Shown here in pieces: positions 13,670-26,960 of a stretch of 64,000 bases of DNA. The notes below the pieces were generated by a model. It worked only from the letters and a program-made list of their open reading frames with translations. It was not told the DNA's origin and did no database searches. The stretch covers positions 1,362,911 through 1,426,910 of the forward strand of contig MU058531.1 in assembly GCA_013265495.1 (NCBI GenBank), given 5' to 3'. A program made the position numbers and the translations under genes. The first letter of the stretch is position 1. Every line of letters begins with the position of its first letter. This DNA is from Vicugna vicugna. Its lineage: Eukaryota.

Positions 13670-13835
13670 CAGTCTCCTGGCATCCTTCCTCTTCCTGTAA
13701 GGACATCAGTCATACTGGATTAGAGCCCCACCCTTACGGCCTCATTAAGCTTGATTACCTCTTCTAAGGCCCTGTCTCAAAGACAGTCACACCGTAAGAT
13801 CCTGGGGTTAGGGCTTCACTGTTCAGTTCACAACA
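13670..13835 (-). mobile_element. MaLR LTR fragment (MLT1B/C-like)
   Basis: taaggacatcagtcatactggattagagccccaccct...ggggttagggcttca...ttcagttcacaaca. Confidence 0.75.
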
Positions 13836-13844
13836 GTCACGTGA

Positions 13845-14005
13845 TAGACCTGGGTTCAAGTATACGGTCATTTGTGGCTTAACGTGGGGCAATTTGCTTA
13901 ACTTGGCTGAGTCTCAGTTTCCTCTGTAAAGCAGGAACTATACCCCTGCCCCATAGATTTGTGGAGGAATGAGAGGCCACAGGAAGTGCTCAGAGCAATG
14001 CCAGC
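13845..14005 (+). mobile_element. MIR SINE
   Basis: agacctgggttcaag...gggcaatttgcttaacttggctgagtctcagtttcctctgtaaa core. Confidence 0.75.
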
Positions 14006-14539
14006 GGAAACAAGAAAGAACAGCACAACCATTTTCCGTCTTCACCTGATCATCTACAGACTGCAACCTGGTGGAGCCACACCAGTGTTCCCTCTGACTT
14101 GCTGTGAGCTAAAATGCCACGCAGTAACTCAAATCTTGCTTACCGAGAGCCATTCCAGTCACATGGTCATTCTTAAAACTTACTCCCACTGAATGCACTG
14201 ATTAGGAAAGGATGCACATAGTAGGTACTTTACAAATGTCTTCCCTTACTCTCATCCACTTAATCAGCAGAACAGACCTATGAGGTAGGCATCCTCAGCC
14301 CGGTTTTAATGATGTGAAAGTGACCTAGTCACTCGCCATCACCAGAGATGTATTTGGGTCTCCAGCGTGGACCTTTCTTTCTCCAGGGCCGATTCTGTTC
14401 TCTGAGAGCCTGGCTCTGCCTCTGAGAGCTCTAGAGAAGATTACTTTCGGGCCCTCCTGCCACTCCAGGATGGATCGCAGTAGAGAATGAACGCCCGGCA
14501 GCCAGTATGTGCCTGAGATGACACGGTGTCTGTGTCGTT

Positions 14540-15170
14540 CCTGTGGTCAGCGCTGGTTTGCACGCCAACTGTATACCAGGTGCCGTGCTGGGCTCTGGGC
14601 AGACAGGTGGTGAACCGGACAGATTCCACTCTCATGTCAGCTGAGCTCCCCAGGGTGGGGAGGAAACACGCATTAAAACAAAGACAGTAAGTACGTAATA
14701 AAACGAGTGGTAAGTGTTCTGAAGAAAATAAATTCTATGGGAAGGCGTGGGAGGGCCAGATCCTTCTGAGAAAATGACATTAAGCAGAGACAAAGAGAGG
14801 AGCTGGCCTGGCAGCGCCATGGAGAGAGTATTCCTGAGAGTGAGTAAGAACACTGAGGACCCGGCTGCGGGAAGCCAGGGGAGTGACCGGGATGGGGGCG
14901 ACGGGAGAGGATTCTGGAGAAGGCGGCGGGGGCCGGATCACTAAGACACTTTAGGCTCTGCTTAAAAGCTTCTGTTTTATCCTGAGCATGATGGAAGGGT
15001 TTTAAACAGTGATTGACATCATCTTGTTTACCCATTTAAATGATTATTCTGGGAGTTTGTGGAGAGCAGATGGTAAAGGGGTAGGGGCTTGAGTAGCCAC
15101 GGGGACAAGTTAAAAGCCTAGAGCAGTATAGCTAAGAAAAAGCAGAGGTGTCCCAGGCCAGTGGTGATGA
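14540..15170 (-). mobile_element. L2 fragment
   Basis: ccaactgtataccaggtgccgtgctgggctctggg...ggtaagtgttctgaagaaaataaa...ttttatcctgagcatgatggaaggg. Confidence 0.7.
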
Positions 15171-17479
15171 AACTCAAGATGAACATGAAAGACAATGGCG
15201 AGAAATGGGTTTCTTTGCACACATCACCTGGAGCTGGGCAACGATGTGCCTAAATTTAATAAAACCTAAATTCTTAGGTCACAGGTGAAGCTCTAGTTGG
15301 GGGTGGGGAATCCAGACCAAGAGGGTGGGATGAAGCCAAGAAACAGAGGGGAGCAGCCACACCCAAACTGCCAGCATTTCCTTAGAAAGCTGAGCGGGAG
15401 GGTGGCAGGAGCAAGGGAAGGGAGGCGGGTTCTGTTTGGATGGGAGAGAAGACCCCGAGAAGCCTTATAACGGGGCTCCCACAGAGTCCGCCACACAGGC
15501 CCCCCTCCCCTGCAGAGGCCCAGCCAGCACCCGCACAGGATGCCGGGGTGCCATCCTCAGGAGCCGCTGCCTTCCTCCTGCCCAGAGGGAGTCCTTGCCT
15601 GCTCCTTCCTCATAACCCTTTGCACAGCCCCATCCTGTGGAATCCTGGATTCCAAATACATCCTGTAGCCTCTGGCCTTTAGATTCCTCTGGGTGTGTGG
15701 ACTCCAGGCAAGTGTCCCCACACCACAGCCAGGTACCTCCTATCAAGCCCTCCTGGGATGCAGCCCCACTCCCCCTAGACGGGGGACGGGGCCAGCACCC
15801 ACCCCCTCTCTGCCTTGAAGAAAGGTGCTCATAGCCCAGCTCACTCCACAGAAAGCCTCTGTGTAAACCTCCCTCCTTGACTCCTGCAGTATTTCTTTGA
15901 AAACGTGAAGGAAAGCCTAGCTGGTGACCAGAAGCCCGGGCAGCTCGTAATCACCGAGACTGAGTGGACTCCTCCCTCTGCCTTCCCTAGGCCGTGGCTC
16001 TCTCCGTGGTCACCTTGTCCAGAGGCAAGATGGCACACGGCCTGTTGGCCGCAGCACAGCTCCCGATGGTGCCGGCAGATGAAGAGACCCACCTGCACCC
16101 CACCAGCATCCAACCCAAACTGAGGGGCTGAGGCCCTGGTACCAGCCCAGGTCAGACTCTTTCAAAGCAGCTGCCCCCAGAGAAGAAAGGGTGGGCTGAG
16201 GCGGGGAAAGTGAAATCCTGTCTGAATTTCCAGAATCCAGTTTGGCTGCCAACTCTCTGGCACTCTGAGCCAGGACGCAGTGATCCAGCCAGGGCCTGGG
16301 AAGGGGTAAGCAAAACCAGCGTCCAGAGGGGTGGATCCCTACGATGCGGGAGGCTCTACTGTCTGCTTGCAGACTTGGTACCAGCTGTTCTGGGCTGGTT
16401 AGTACAACCTACCAGCATCAAACTGTCTGTTTCTCAAGCTCCCCACGGGGAAGCAGTTGGGTGAGCAGCTGCTGGAGGGATCGGGGGAGCATTCTGGGAA
16501 GTTTTCCCTTTCAGGCTGACCAAGAAGTGAGATGGAAACAGCCCAAGGACAGTGGCTCTCTCTGGTTAGAAATGTGTTCATTGAAGAGCATCTCGAAGCT
16601 GCCACTGGGGGTTTCCACCTGAGGTAGCCCCAGAGCCCAGGTTAGGTGGGGTGGTGACGGGAAAGTGAGCAGGGATCCAGGAGTCCAACCAAGGAGGGCT
16701 TCACTCCCAGTTCAGCTGCTCACCAGCTGTGTGACCTCGGACAAATCACTTCCCCTCTCTGGTCCTGCCTTGGCTACTTTACTCTGTACCTCCCTTCTTG
16801 TGACACCCATCTCAACTGCGATTACCCGTGTAGCATCTGTCTTCCCAGACAGGCTCCCTGGGCACACAGGCCAGTCTATGTGATTCAGCTCTTCATGTGC
16901 CTGGCCCATGGCAGTGCTCAAGGGAAGAGAAATCTCAGTGAGTTAATATGGGAAGCGACTCTTCTATGTTGTGAACTCACAGATCCTGTGCTTACTGAAG
17001 AAATGGTTGCAGAACCACCACCGCCGCTAGAGGGACCCCTGCCCTGGGCCTGCCTTTTAAAAGACCCTGCATACGAAGCTCCAAAACACAAAGACTTTTT
17101 CCCCCTTTTTGGTCTTTTGAGAAAATTTTTGGAAAATTCAATAACTGATTGAATGAACAGGAATTAGGGAAGAGGCACATGCCATCTAATTGGGGCTCTC
17201 GAGCCACAAGATGTTGGAGGGAGGGGCAGTGGCGGGCCATGGGAAACTAGAGAAAGGGGTGCTGCTTGGTGAAAGCCACATATCCTGGATCTCCCCCAGT
17301 GAGTGTCCAAGCAGACAGACGGCTGCACCCCTTCCTTTGCCTCTGCTTAGGTGGGGCATTTGGGGGAGGCCCTGGCTCCCTGGGGTTTTTGACAATTCAG
17401 TCTACATCCTAGAATCAGATGGGTTCCAGTGGGTCCAGATAACCTGGGATCCTGGGCCTCATTCATCTCATTAATCCTC

Positions 17480-17660
17480 ATAATGTATTATCTCACTTAA
17501 TCCTCATAACCTTATGAGGTTTGGTTATGGTCCTCATTTTGCAGATGAGGAAACGGTGGCTCAGAGAGGTTAAGTAATTTGCCTAAAGTCACACATAGCT
17601 AGTGACTGTTTTGAACCCAGGTCTGCCAGATTCCAGAACCTATGCCTTTAAACAGCATGG
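17480..17660 (-). mobile_element. MIR SINE
   Basis: ctcattttgcagatgaggaaacggtggctcagagaggttaagtaatttgcctaaagtcacacatagctagt. Confidence 0.85.
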
Positions 17661-18059
17661 CTTCTAATAAGCAACAGCTGTGCACCTTCTATGGGCCTGG
17701 CACTGTTCTGGGTCATGCATGAAGAAGAATCCTCCTGGCATTCGTTATTCGGAAAAGGAGAGCCCTGCACATGCTACAGACTTCTCAGCTGCTAAGAAGT
17801 AGCAAGCAAATTCAACAGCAGCAGTGGGGGTGTGTTTTTGACAAATTAAATGAAGAGCCCCTCTCAGGAAAAGAAACAGAAAACATGAAGGTGCCAGGCT
17901 GGCTGGAGGCTGCTCTAGGAGGAGAGATGTAGGCCATCAGGACTGATGATGAAGAAAGGCAAGGGCGCTGGGTAGGGGGGAGGTTTCCATCTCTCCATCT
18001 CCTACAGGACACAGCGCCTAGGTACAGTAAATCCCAACGTGTTGTCCCCAGGACCACCT

Positions 18060-18560
18060 TATCTGTCCCCTTAGGAGAATGCAACAATGGTACCGTTGCT
18101 TCTTTCTTGAAAAAATTCTCTCCTTTTGGCTTTCATGATACACCTCTCTCCTGATGCACCTTCTTCCTCTCTGACCAGCAGGGAAGGGACTAGTGAAATG
18201 TCTAGGGTACAAAACTTAAGGAGGGGTTTACTCTCAAGGTCATGCCAATGCCTCCCTCTTCTGCTGGGTGTTTAATTGTGAATTGCCTTTCAGACTTGGT
18301 CCTGGGTTCTCTCCTGTCCTCACCTGTGCTCCCTTTCCTGGGACAGCTCACCCAGGTGCACAGCTTCGGTGACCGCATGCAGTCAGAAGACGTGCAGATT
18401 AATCTCTCCAAACCCCATCACTCCTGAACCAAACAGCTAACCAAACAGCCCTCTTGGAAGCCCCTCTTAGCTGTTTCAAAGACATTTCAAACTAAGCATT
18501 TACAAAGTAGAAATTTAAGATATCCACTCACCACATAGTCTTTCCTAGACTCAGTGAATG
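18060..18560 (+). mobile_element. L2 internal fragment
   Basis: Pyrimidine-rich L2 body: ttcttgaaaaaattctctccttttggctttcatgatacacc, cttggtcctgggttctctcctgtcctcac, gacatttcaaactaagcat. Confidence 0.6.
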
Positions 18561-18579
18561 GTTCAGTATCAGAAAAATC

Positions 18580-19070
18580 AGTCTAACATTATGCACGCCC
18601 TTTGCTCCAGACATCCCAGCTGAAGGATTCTAGCTTACAGAAATATTATCATTGGAATGATATAATACAAAAGAATATTCGCTACAGTATTGTTTGGTAA
18701 TGGTTAGAAACAGAAACAGTATAAATGTCCACAGATAGAGAAATGGATTAATAAACCCATACTACATCATTGTAAAGAACGCAGTAGATCTATATGTTCT
18801 GATGAGGAGAGTTGCATAGCTTAATTTAAAAGGGAAAAAGTAAGCTGAAACACAGTATGCATGTTATGATCCCTCCTCTACAACAAATGTATGAGTTCAT
18901 GGTTGTAAAAGGACAGTAAAAAGTCTGGAAGGATACACACTGAACTGTGCTGGTAGTAACCTATGAGGAAGCAGCTGAATGGAGCTTGGGAAGGTAACCT
19001 CTTTTCTTGCTTTATATTCAACTCTGTATTATCTGAACTTGTGACATAAGCATGGTATATTTCTAACTTT
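18580..19070 (+). mobile_element. Old L1ME-like 3' fragment
   Basis: ataaatgtccacagatagagaaatggattaataaa, gtctggaaggatacacactgaactg. Confidence 0.65.
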
Positions 19071-19082
19071 AAAACTCCAACA

Positions 19083-19793
19083 CAGTATGGATATTTCTCA
19101 AAAAAAAAACCCAAAAAACTAAAAATAGAGTTGCCATATGGCCCAGCAATCCCACTCCTGGGCATATATCCAGAGGCAACTCTAATTTGAAAAGATACAT
19201 GCACCCCAGTGTTCATAGTAGCACTATATACAATAGCCAAGACATGGAAACAACCTAAATATCCATAGATAGATGATGGATAAAGAAGCAGTGGTATATT
19301 TATACAATGGAATACTACTCAGCCATAAAAAGAATGAAATCATGCTATTTGCAGCAATACAGATGGACCTGGAGATTATCATTCTAAGTGAAGTAAGGCA
19401 GAAAGAGAAAGAAAAATACTATATCATATCACTTGTATGTGGAATCTTAAAAAAAATTGACACAAATGAATGTATTTACAAAACAGAAACAGACTCACAG
19501 GCATAGAAAACAAACTTATGGTTACCAGGGGTAAAAGGGGATGGGAAGGGATAAATTGGGAGTTTGAGATTTGCAGATACTAACTACTGTATATAAAATA
19601 GATAAACAATTTATACTGTATAGCACAGGGAACTATATTCAATATCTTGTAGTGATCTATGATGAAAATGAAAAAGAATATGAAAAGAAATATATGTATG
19701 TGTATGTATGACTGAAACATTATGTTGTACACCAGAAATTGACACAACATTGAAAACTGACTATACTTGAAAAAAAAAAACTCTGAAATTTAA
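19083..19793 (+). mobile_element. Young 5'-truncated L1 3' end (camelid/cetartiodactyl type) with poly(A) and 12 bp TSD
   Basis: End of ORF2 (ORF 19273-19506) plus 3' UTR and A-tail. TSD AAAACTCCAACA at 19071-19082 and 19794-19805, preceded by a TTT/AAAA L1 endonuclease site. Confidence 0.92.
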
Positions 19794-19824
19794 AAAACTC
19801 CAACAATATAGGTAATAATATTTA

Positions 19825-19970
19825 CTCTTATGTTTACTATCTGTCCCCTTCGCTAGAATGTAAATTACATGTGGTCAGGGACTTGGTCCATCTTTTCTCG
19901 TTGCTGTACCCCCACAGTGCCTGACACACAGGAAATACTCAATGCATATTTTTAATAAATGATGAATCTA
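19825..19970 (+). mobile_element. L2 3' end
   Basis: ctagaatgtaaattacatgtggtcagggacttgg...cagtgcctgacacacaggaaatactcaatgcatattttt. Confidence 0.75.
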
Positions 19971-21879
19971 GTTTTAAATGTCATTTTAACAAAACTAACA
20001 GAAGATGTCTTCCACATCTCCTCCCGTTGTGTGTCCTTATCTGTGAAATTGGCTGGGTAGGGAGGAATCTGAAATTTTCTGTGCCCACATGGTAGGCCCT
20101 GAATCAAGGTTAGTCTCTTCTACACATCATTAGTTCTCATGGCAAAGGAGCTGAAAACCCACAAGGGTCCCCACAAATGAGTGCAGGCACTATGGTCTCA
20201 AGTGATAAAGCTGCAAGTGACAAAGAACTGGTGGTTTTAAGAGGAACCTTGACACTGAAATAAAGTTCGTCCATTCAATAAATAGGAGCTGAAAAAGAAC
20301 ACAACGAATAACAAACAAGAAAGAATGTGCTATCACATCATGTGATCCGTAATGGAAAGGTTACAACTATTTAACCACCAAATTCTTTAAGCTGGTTAGG
20401 AGACTGAACAAAACCACAAAAGGATAATAGATTATAGCTTAGGGAAAGATCTACAGGAAAACGCACTGAAATGTATTTTGTGGTTCCTGTTTCTTTTTAA
20501 CTTGCATTTGCTTTACTGCTGAACCAACCCAGTAGTGCAAAGGAGCACGTGATCTCAAGGACATGTGGGCTGTCTCCCCTTTTCTCCATGGCAGTGCTCC
20601 TCAAGTCAGGGTGAGGCACAGAGCTGGGGTTCCCACCTCTGGGCAAATGGGGATGGGAAGGAGGGAACATGTTTGTCTGTATCACTTAAACCTAATGATT
20701 CTGGGTTTGGGAATCCTCCTTTCCTGCATGTCACAGTTATATAATCTATAACTTCTATGCTTTTGGTTTTTCTGTTTCCTACATCAACTGGCTCCAGGGA
20801 AGGTCAGGGTGTATGTACTCTGGCCACGGCCAACCAGAAAGATTCTCAATGAATTCTTAATGGAAGAATGCAGACACACTTGATCCCTATTTAGAGGTGG
20901 GGAAAAATGGTATTGGCTAATTTAACAACTAGAAACTAATGGAAACAAAATGCTTTCAGTCCAAAAAATTTCCAACTCAGTGTCTGATTATTTTATACTT
21001 GTGATCTTTATAAAAGAGAAATCTGTTGTCTTTTCCTGTGACAGTAGCTTAATGTGATCTCATCCAATGTAGGTGAAAGTTAAATATTCTTTTAAAAGGT
21101 AAGTTCATAAGATTACACCTTAGAAGTACAAAAGGATGTGATGAAATTTTATTTTAAGGGGGACATTTAGAGAATAATAAAACAAGGTGTGTGATTTGAA
21201 GTGGGGAAGAAGTAAAGAGAAATTTTCACTTTTAGCTTCATTCTGTTCTGTATTGTTTGAATTTCTTTAAAGGATCTGGAAATACATAAACATAAAGGGA
21301 TAAAAAGTGAATTCAGAAAGAATATAATGTATAGTTTTCTCCGAGTGCTGCAGCTAACACTGTCCCGTAGGTCCCTTGGGATCTTTCTCAGAAAGTCATT
21401 TCCTTGCCCCATGAGGCCCAGCCAGCACTGTGGCTTCTCTCCAATGGTTCCCCCATAAAATCAGATCAAAGTATGATGGCAGATCAAATCCAGTCTCTCC
21501 TGGCAGACTGAGAAATTTACAGGGGACATTTGAACTTTATCAGAGAACAAAATTTGAAGTCACAGGAAAGAAGCTGGAGGGAGATGGATTGTAGATTGTG
21601 AAAAAGTTATTGGGATGGAAATGGGGGGAAGTGCTTATAAATGTTTTTTAATCTTCTTTTTATTGAACAAAAAATTCTTTAAATTCTATAGTGCTTTACA
21701 ATTTTCAAAAGTTTCACCCCATGGTTTCGTATAATCCCATAATAACCCTCATTTAAAATCCCCTACCTCTATATTGCACCCCCCTTCACAAAAAAATTCT
21801 TACTGTGATGTTGATTGGAGTTAAAATTTTAAGCAAGGTGTTTTGATAAGGTAAGAGATCATATGCAAAACAAATACAA

Positions 21880-22063
21880 TATTCATGCTTAAAAGCACAG
21901 GTTTTATGGTCACAGAGACCTGGGTACATATGTTTCTCTGCCACTTGCCACTTGGGCAAGTTATTTGCCTCTCTACTGCTCTCTTATCTGTCAATCAGGG
22001 AAAATGAAAAGACAGTGTTGTTTGCAGGAGTACATAAAAGTGCTCAGTAAAAGATAGTCATTA
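21880..22063 (+). mobile_element. MIR SINE
   Basis: agacctgggtac...tctgccacttgccacttgggcaagttatttgcctctct. Confidence 0.65.
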
Positions 22064-22348
22064 ACCCAAAGCAATCTAAAGATTCAATTCAATTCCTATC
22101 AAAATTCCAATAGCATTTTTTTAACAGAAATAGAACAATTCTAGAATTTGTGTGGAACCACATAAGATCTCAAATAGCCAAAACAATCTTGTGAAACAAG
22201 AACAAAGTTGAAAGCATCCAGCTCTCCCACCAAAGCATCTGGGCACATACAGATTGCATAGGGAGTCTCCCACAAAAAGATGACGCTTCAAGACTGCAAT
22301 AGGTAACTGTTTCACCTAATTTTATAGAGACAGAGAAAGATAAGCAAA

Positions 22349-23217
22349 ATGAGACAACAAAGGAATTTGAAAAAGTAAAAGAAAACCGCTAAAAAAAAAA
22401 AACCCTAATGAATCAGAAATAAACAATTTACCAAATAAAGAATTCAAAGCATTAGTAATAAGAATGCTAACTAAATTAGGGAGAGTAATAGATGAACACA
22501 GTGAGAATTTTAACAAGGAACTGGAAAATATAAAAAAGATCCAATCAGAAATGAATTTAATAGCTGAAATAAAAAAACACACCAGCAGGAGTGAATAGCA
22601 TACTAAGTGATACAGAAGAACATATAAGTGATCTGGATGATAGAATAATGGAAATCATCCAAACAGAATAGCAAAAAGCAAAACAGAAAAAGAGAACCAT
22701 TTAAGAGATCTCTGGGCTAACATCAGGCATACTGACATTCACTTTATGGGGGTCCTAGAAGGGGAAGAGGAAGTGAAAGGCAATGAAAATGTATTTCATA
22801 GAATTATGACTGAAGACTTCCTGACCTGAAAACAGAAACAGATATTCAGGTACAGGAAGCACAGAGGGTCCCAAACAAGATGAACCCAACAGACTCACAA
22901 CAAGATACATCATAACTAAAATGGCAAAAATTAAAGACAGAATTCTAAAGGCTTTAAGAGAAAAACAAAAAGTCATATTCCAAAGAACCCCCGTAAGGCT
23001 ATCAGCTGATTTTTCTGCAGAAACTTTGTGGGTCAGAGGGGAGTGGCATGATATATTTAAAGTGCTGAAAGGAAAAGATCTGCAATTTAGGATACTCTAC
23101 CCAGCAAGATTACCATTTAGAATTGAAGGAGAAATAAAGAACTTCTCAGACAAGCAAAATCAAAGGTTCATCAATGCTTAACTGGCCCTAAAAGAAATGT
23201 TAAAGGGTCTTTGCTAG
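22349..23217 (+). pseudogene. L1 ORF1p remnant
   Basis: ORF 22921-23181 RILKALREKQKV...RLSADFSAETL...EWHDIFKVLK...RILYPARLPFRIEGEIKNFSDKQ is the ORF1p C-terminal region; upstream part is frameshifted. Confidence 0.9.
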
Positions 23218-23791
23218 TGGAAAATAAAAGACTATAACAAGAAGTAAGTATCTACAGGAAAGAAAGAAATCCCACGAGCAAGGGCAAATACACAGTAAGG
23301 GCTACATCAGGGAAATGCAAACCACAAGCACAATGAGATATCGCCTCACACTTGTTAGAAGGGCTATTACCAAAAAGACAAGAAATAACAAGTGTTGGCT
23401 AGGATGTGGGAAAGGGAGGACTATATGAGCTAATACAAAGAATAAAGGGCCCCAAAAACGTAAAATCAAGTATAACTACAATAATCAGTAAAGGGATAAA
23501 CATGAAGATGTAAAATATGAAATTAAAAACAGAAAATATATGGGAAAGGAGTAAAAAATATAGATCCTTTTGACTATGTTTAAACTTAAAAGACTACCTG
23601 TTTAAAACAAATAGATATAGTCAACATATATGAACCCCATGGTAACCACATATCAGACTCTACAATAAATACATAAAAACTAGACAGACAAAAACACAAG
23701 CATACCACTAAAGAAAATCATTAAATCACAAGTGAAGAATCTAAAAGAAAGGATCAGAGAAATACAAAACAACTGGAAAACAAGTAATAAA

Positions 23792-26787
23792 ATGGCAATA
23801 AATACGTAACTACTAATACTTTACTTTAAATGTCAATGGACAAAATGTTCCAACCAAAAGACATAGGGTGACTGCCTGGATTAAAAAATAAAATGTGTCT
23901 ATGTGCTGATTACAAGAGACTCACTTCAGAACTAAGACACAAGGCTGAAAGTGAGGGGATGGAAGATATTTCATGCAATTCCATGAAAAAGAGATTTCAT
24001 GGAAATGACAGGAAAGTGGGGGTAACAATACTTATATCAGACAAAATAAACTTTAAAACCAAGTCCAGAACAAAATACAAAGAAGGGCAGCATTACATAA
24101 ATATAAAGTAATCAATACAAGTAAAGGATATTGCACTTGTTAACATATATGCACACAATAAAGGAGCACCTAAATATACAAAGCAAATATTAACAGACAT
24201 AAAGGGAGAAATCGACAACAGTACAGTAATAGTAGGGGACTTTAACACCCCACTTACCTCAGTAGACAGATCATTCAGGCAGAAAAACAATAAGGCAACA
24301 GTGGTCTTAAATGACACAATAGAGTAATGGGACTTTATATCTGCAGAACATTCTACCCCAAAACAGCAGAGTACATATTCTTTTCAAATGCACACGAAAT
24401 GTTCTCCAGGATTGATTACATGCTTGGCTACAAAACAAGTCTCAACAAATTCAAGAGAATAGGGATTATATCAAGCTTTTTTTCCAGCTACAACAGTATG
24501 AAACTAGACATCAACTACAGAAAGACAAATGAGAAAAGAATAAATACATGGAGACTAAACAACATACTATTTAAAAAATAATGGGTCAGGGAAGAAATCA
24601 AAGAGGAAATCAGAAAATACCTCGAGACAAATGAAAGTGGAAACACAACTTTCCAAAATCTGTGGGATGCAGCAAAAGCAGTTCTAAGAGGGAAGTTTTA
24701 TAGTGATACAGGCCTACCTCAAGAAATAAGAAAATTCTCAAATAAACAATCTAACCTACCATCTAAATCTATCAGAAAGAGAAAAACAAAGCCCAGGTTA
24801 GCAGAAGGGAAAGATAATAAAGGTCAGGAAGGAAATAAAATAGAGACTAAAAAATAGAAAAGATCGATGAAACCAAGAGTTGATTTTTTAAAAGATAAAC
24901 AAAATTGATAAACCTTTAGTGAGGCTTATCAAGAAGAAAAGAGAGAAAACCCAAATAAACAAAACAAGAAATGAAAGAGGAGAAATAACAAGCAATACCA
25001 CAGAGACACAAAAAAATCATAAGAGAAAACAAATATGCCAACAAATTAAACAACCTAGAAGAAAAGAACAAATGTCTAGGCACATACAACCTTCCAGAAC
25101 TGAATCAGGAACAATCTAAACAAACTGATCACTTGTAGTGAAATTGAATCCGTAGTTAAAACAAAACAAAAAAACTCCCAGAAAACAAAAGCCCAAGACT
25201 GGACAGCTTCACAGAGCAATTCTACCCAACATGAAGAAGAGTTAATACCTATCCTCAAACTATTCCAAAAAAATTGAAGAGGTTGGAACACTCAAATTCA
25301 TTCTACAAGGCCACCTTTACCCTGATACCAAAACCAAAGACATTACCAAAAAAAAAAGAAAATTATAAGTCAATATATCTAAGGAATATAGATACAAAAA
25401 TTCTTAACAAAATATTAGCAAATCAAATTCAACAATATATTAAAAAGATCATACACCATGATCAAGTGGGATTTATTCCAGGAACACAAGGATTGTTCAA
25501 TGTTTGCAAATCAATGTGATACACTTTAACAAAAGGAAAGATAAAAGTTACATGATCATCTCAACAGATCCATAAGAAGCATTTGACAAAATTCAACATT
25601 TCATTCATGATAGAAAGTCTCATCAAAGTGGGTATAGAGGGAACATATCTCAACATAATAAAGGCTTTTTATGGCAAACCCACAGCTAAAATCACACTCA
25701 ACAATGAAAAGCTGAAAGCTTTTCCTGTAAGATCAGGAACAAGACAAGGATGCCCACTCTTGCCACTTCTTTTTTAACATAGTATTGTCCACAGAAATTA
25801 GATAAGAAAAAGAAATAAAAGGCATCCAAATTGGAAGGGAAGAAGTAAAACTGTCACTATTTACAGATGACATGATGCTATATTTAGAAAATCTTAAAGT
25901 CATTGCCTAAAAAAGCCATTAGAATTGATACATGAGTTCAGTAAATTTGGAGGGTACAAGACTTATATACAGAAATCTATTGCTTTTCTATACGTGAACA
26001 ATGAGCAATCAGAAAAAGAAATTAAGGAAATAATCTCATTTATAATTGCATCAAAAAGAATAAAATACCTTGGGATAAACTTAACCAAGGGGGTGAAAGA
26101 TCTGTACTCTGAAATCTATAAAACGTTGACGGAAGGAATTTGAGAAGTGGGAATATATCCCATGTTCTTGCACTGAAAATACTAATATTGTAAAAATATC
26201 CATACTGCCCAAAGCAATCTACAAATGTAATGCAACCCCTATAAAAATACCCATTTTTCACAGAGTTAGAAAAAATAATCCTAAAATTTATATGGAGCCA
26301 CAAAAGATCCCAAATTGCCAAAACAATCTTCAGAACAAAGCTGGAGGTTTCACCCTCCCTGACTTCAGACTACACTACAGATGGCCTACAGGCACATGAA
26401 GAATTCTCAACATCACCCATGAGAGAAATGTAAATCAAAACCACAATGAAGTATCACCTCACACAGATCAAATGGCTATCATCAAAAGATCTATAATATC
26501 AAATGTTGGCAAGGCTATGAAAAAAAAGGGTCCCTAGTACACTGCTGGTGAGATTGAAAACTGGTGCAGCCACTGTGTAAAATAGTACGGAGCTTCCTCA
26601 AAACACTAAAAACTGAACTACCATATGATCCAGCAATCCCACTGCTGGGTATTTATCTGAAGAAAATGAAAACACTAATTCAAAAAGACACATGCATTTT
26701 AACATTCATAGCAACATTATTTACAATAGCCAAGATATAGAAGCAACCTAAGTGCCCATCAACACATGAATGTATAAAGAAGATGTG

Positions 26788-26818
<31 letters not shown>

Positions 26819-26960
26819 ATGAATACTATGCAGCCATAAAAAGCATGACATTCTGCCATTTACAACACTGTGGATAGACCTAGAGAGTATTATGCTTAGT
26901 GAAATAAGTCAGACAAATAAAGACAAATACTCTGTTATCACTTGTATGTGGAATCTAAAA
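23792..26960 (+). pseudogene. L1 ORF2p remnant (endonuclease and reverse transcriptase), many stops/frameshifts and an internal deletion
   Basis: Endonuclease motifs (IVGDFNTPL region about 24230, FSRIDYMLG). RT motifs [29 protein letters not shown] and SGTRQGCPL, and FTDD at 25860-25871 (degenerate FADD). Confidence 0.92.

Noticed and set aside
12755..13700. Several overlapping 70-144 aa ORFs just downstream of PCGF5
   Set aside because: GC-rich, stop-poor sequence open on both strands; no recognisable domain or exon structure.
22349..26960. Active L1
   Set aside because: Both ORFs are broken by stops and frameshifts, ORF2 has an internal deletion, and the 5' promoter is missing.
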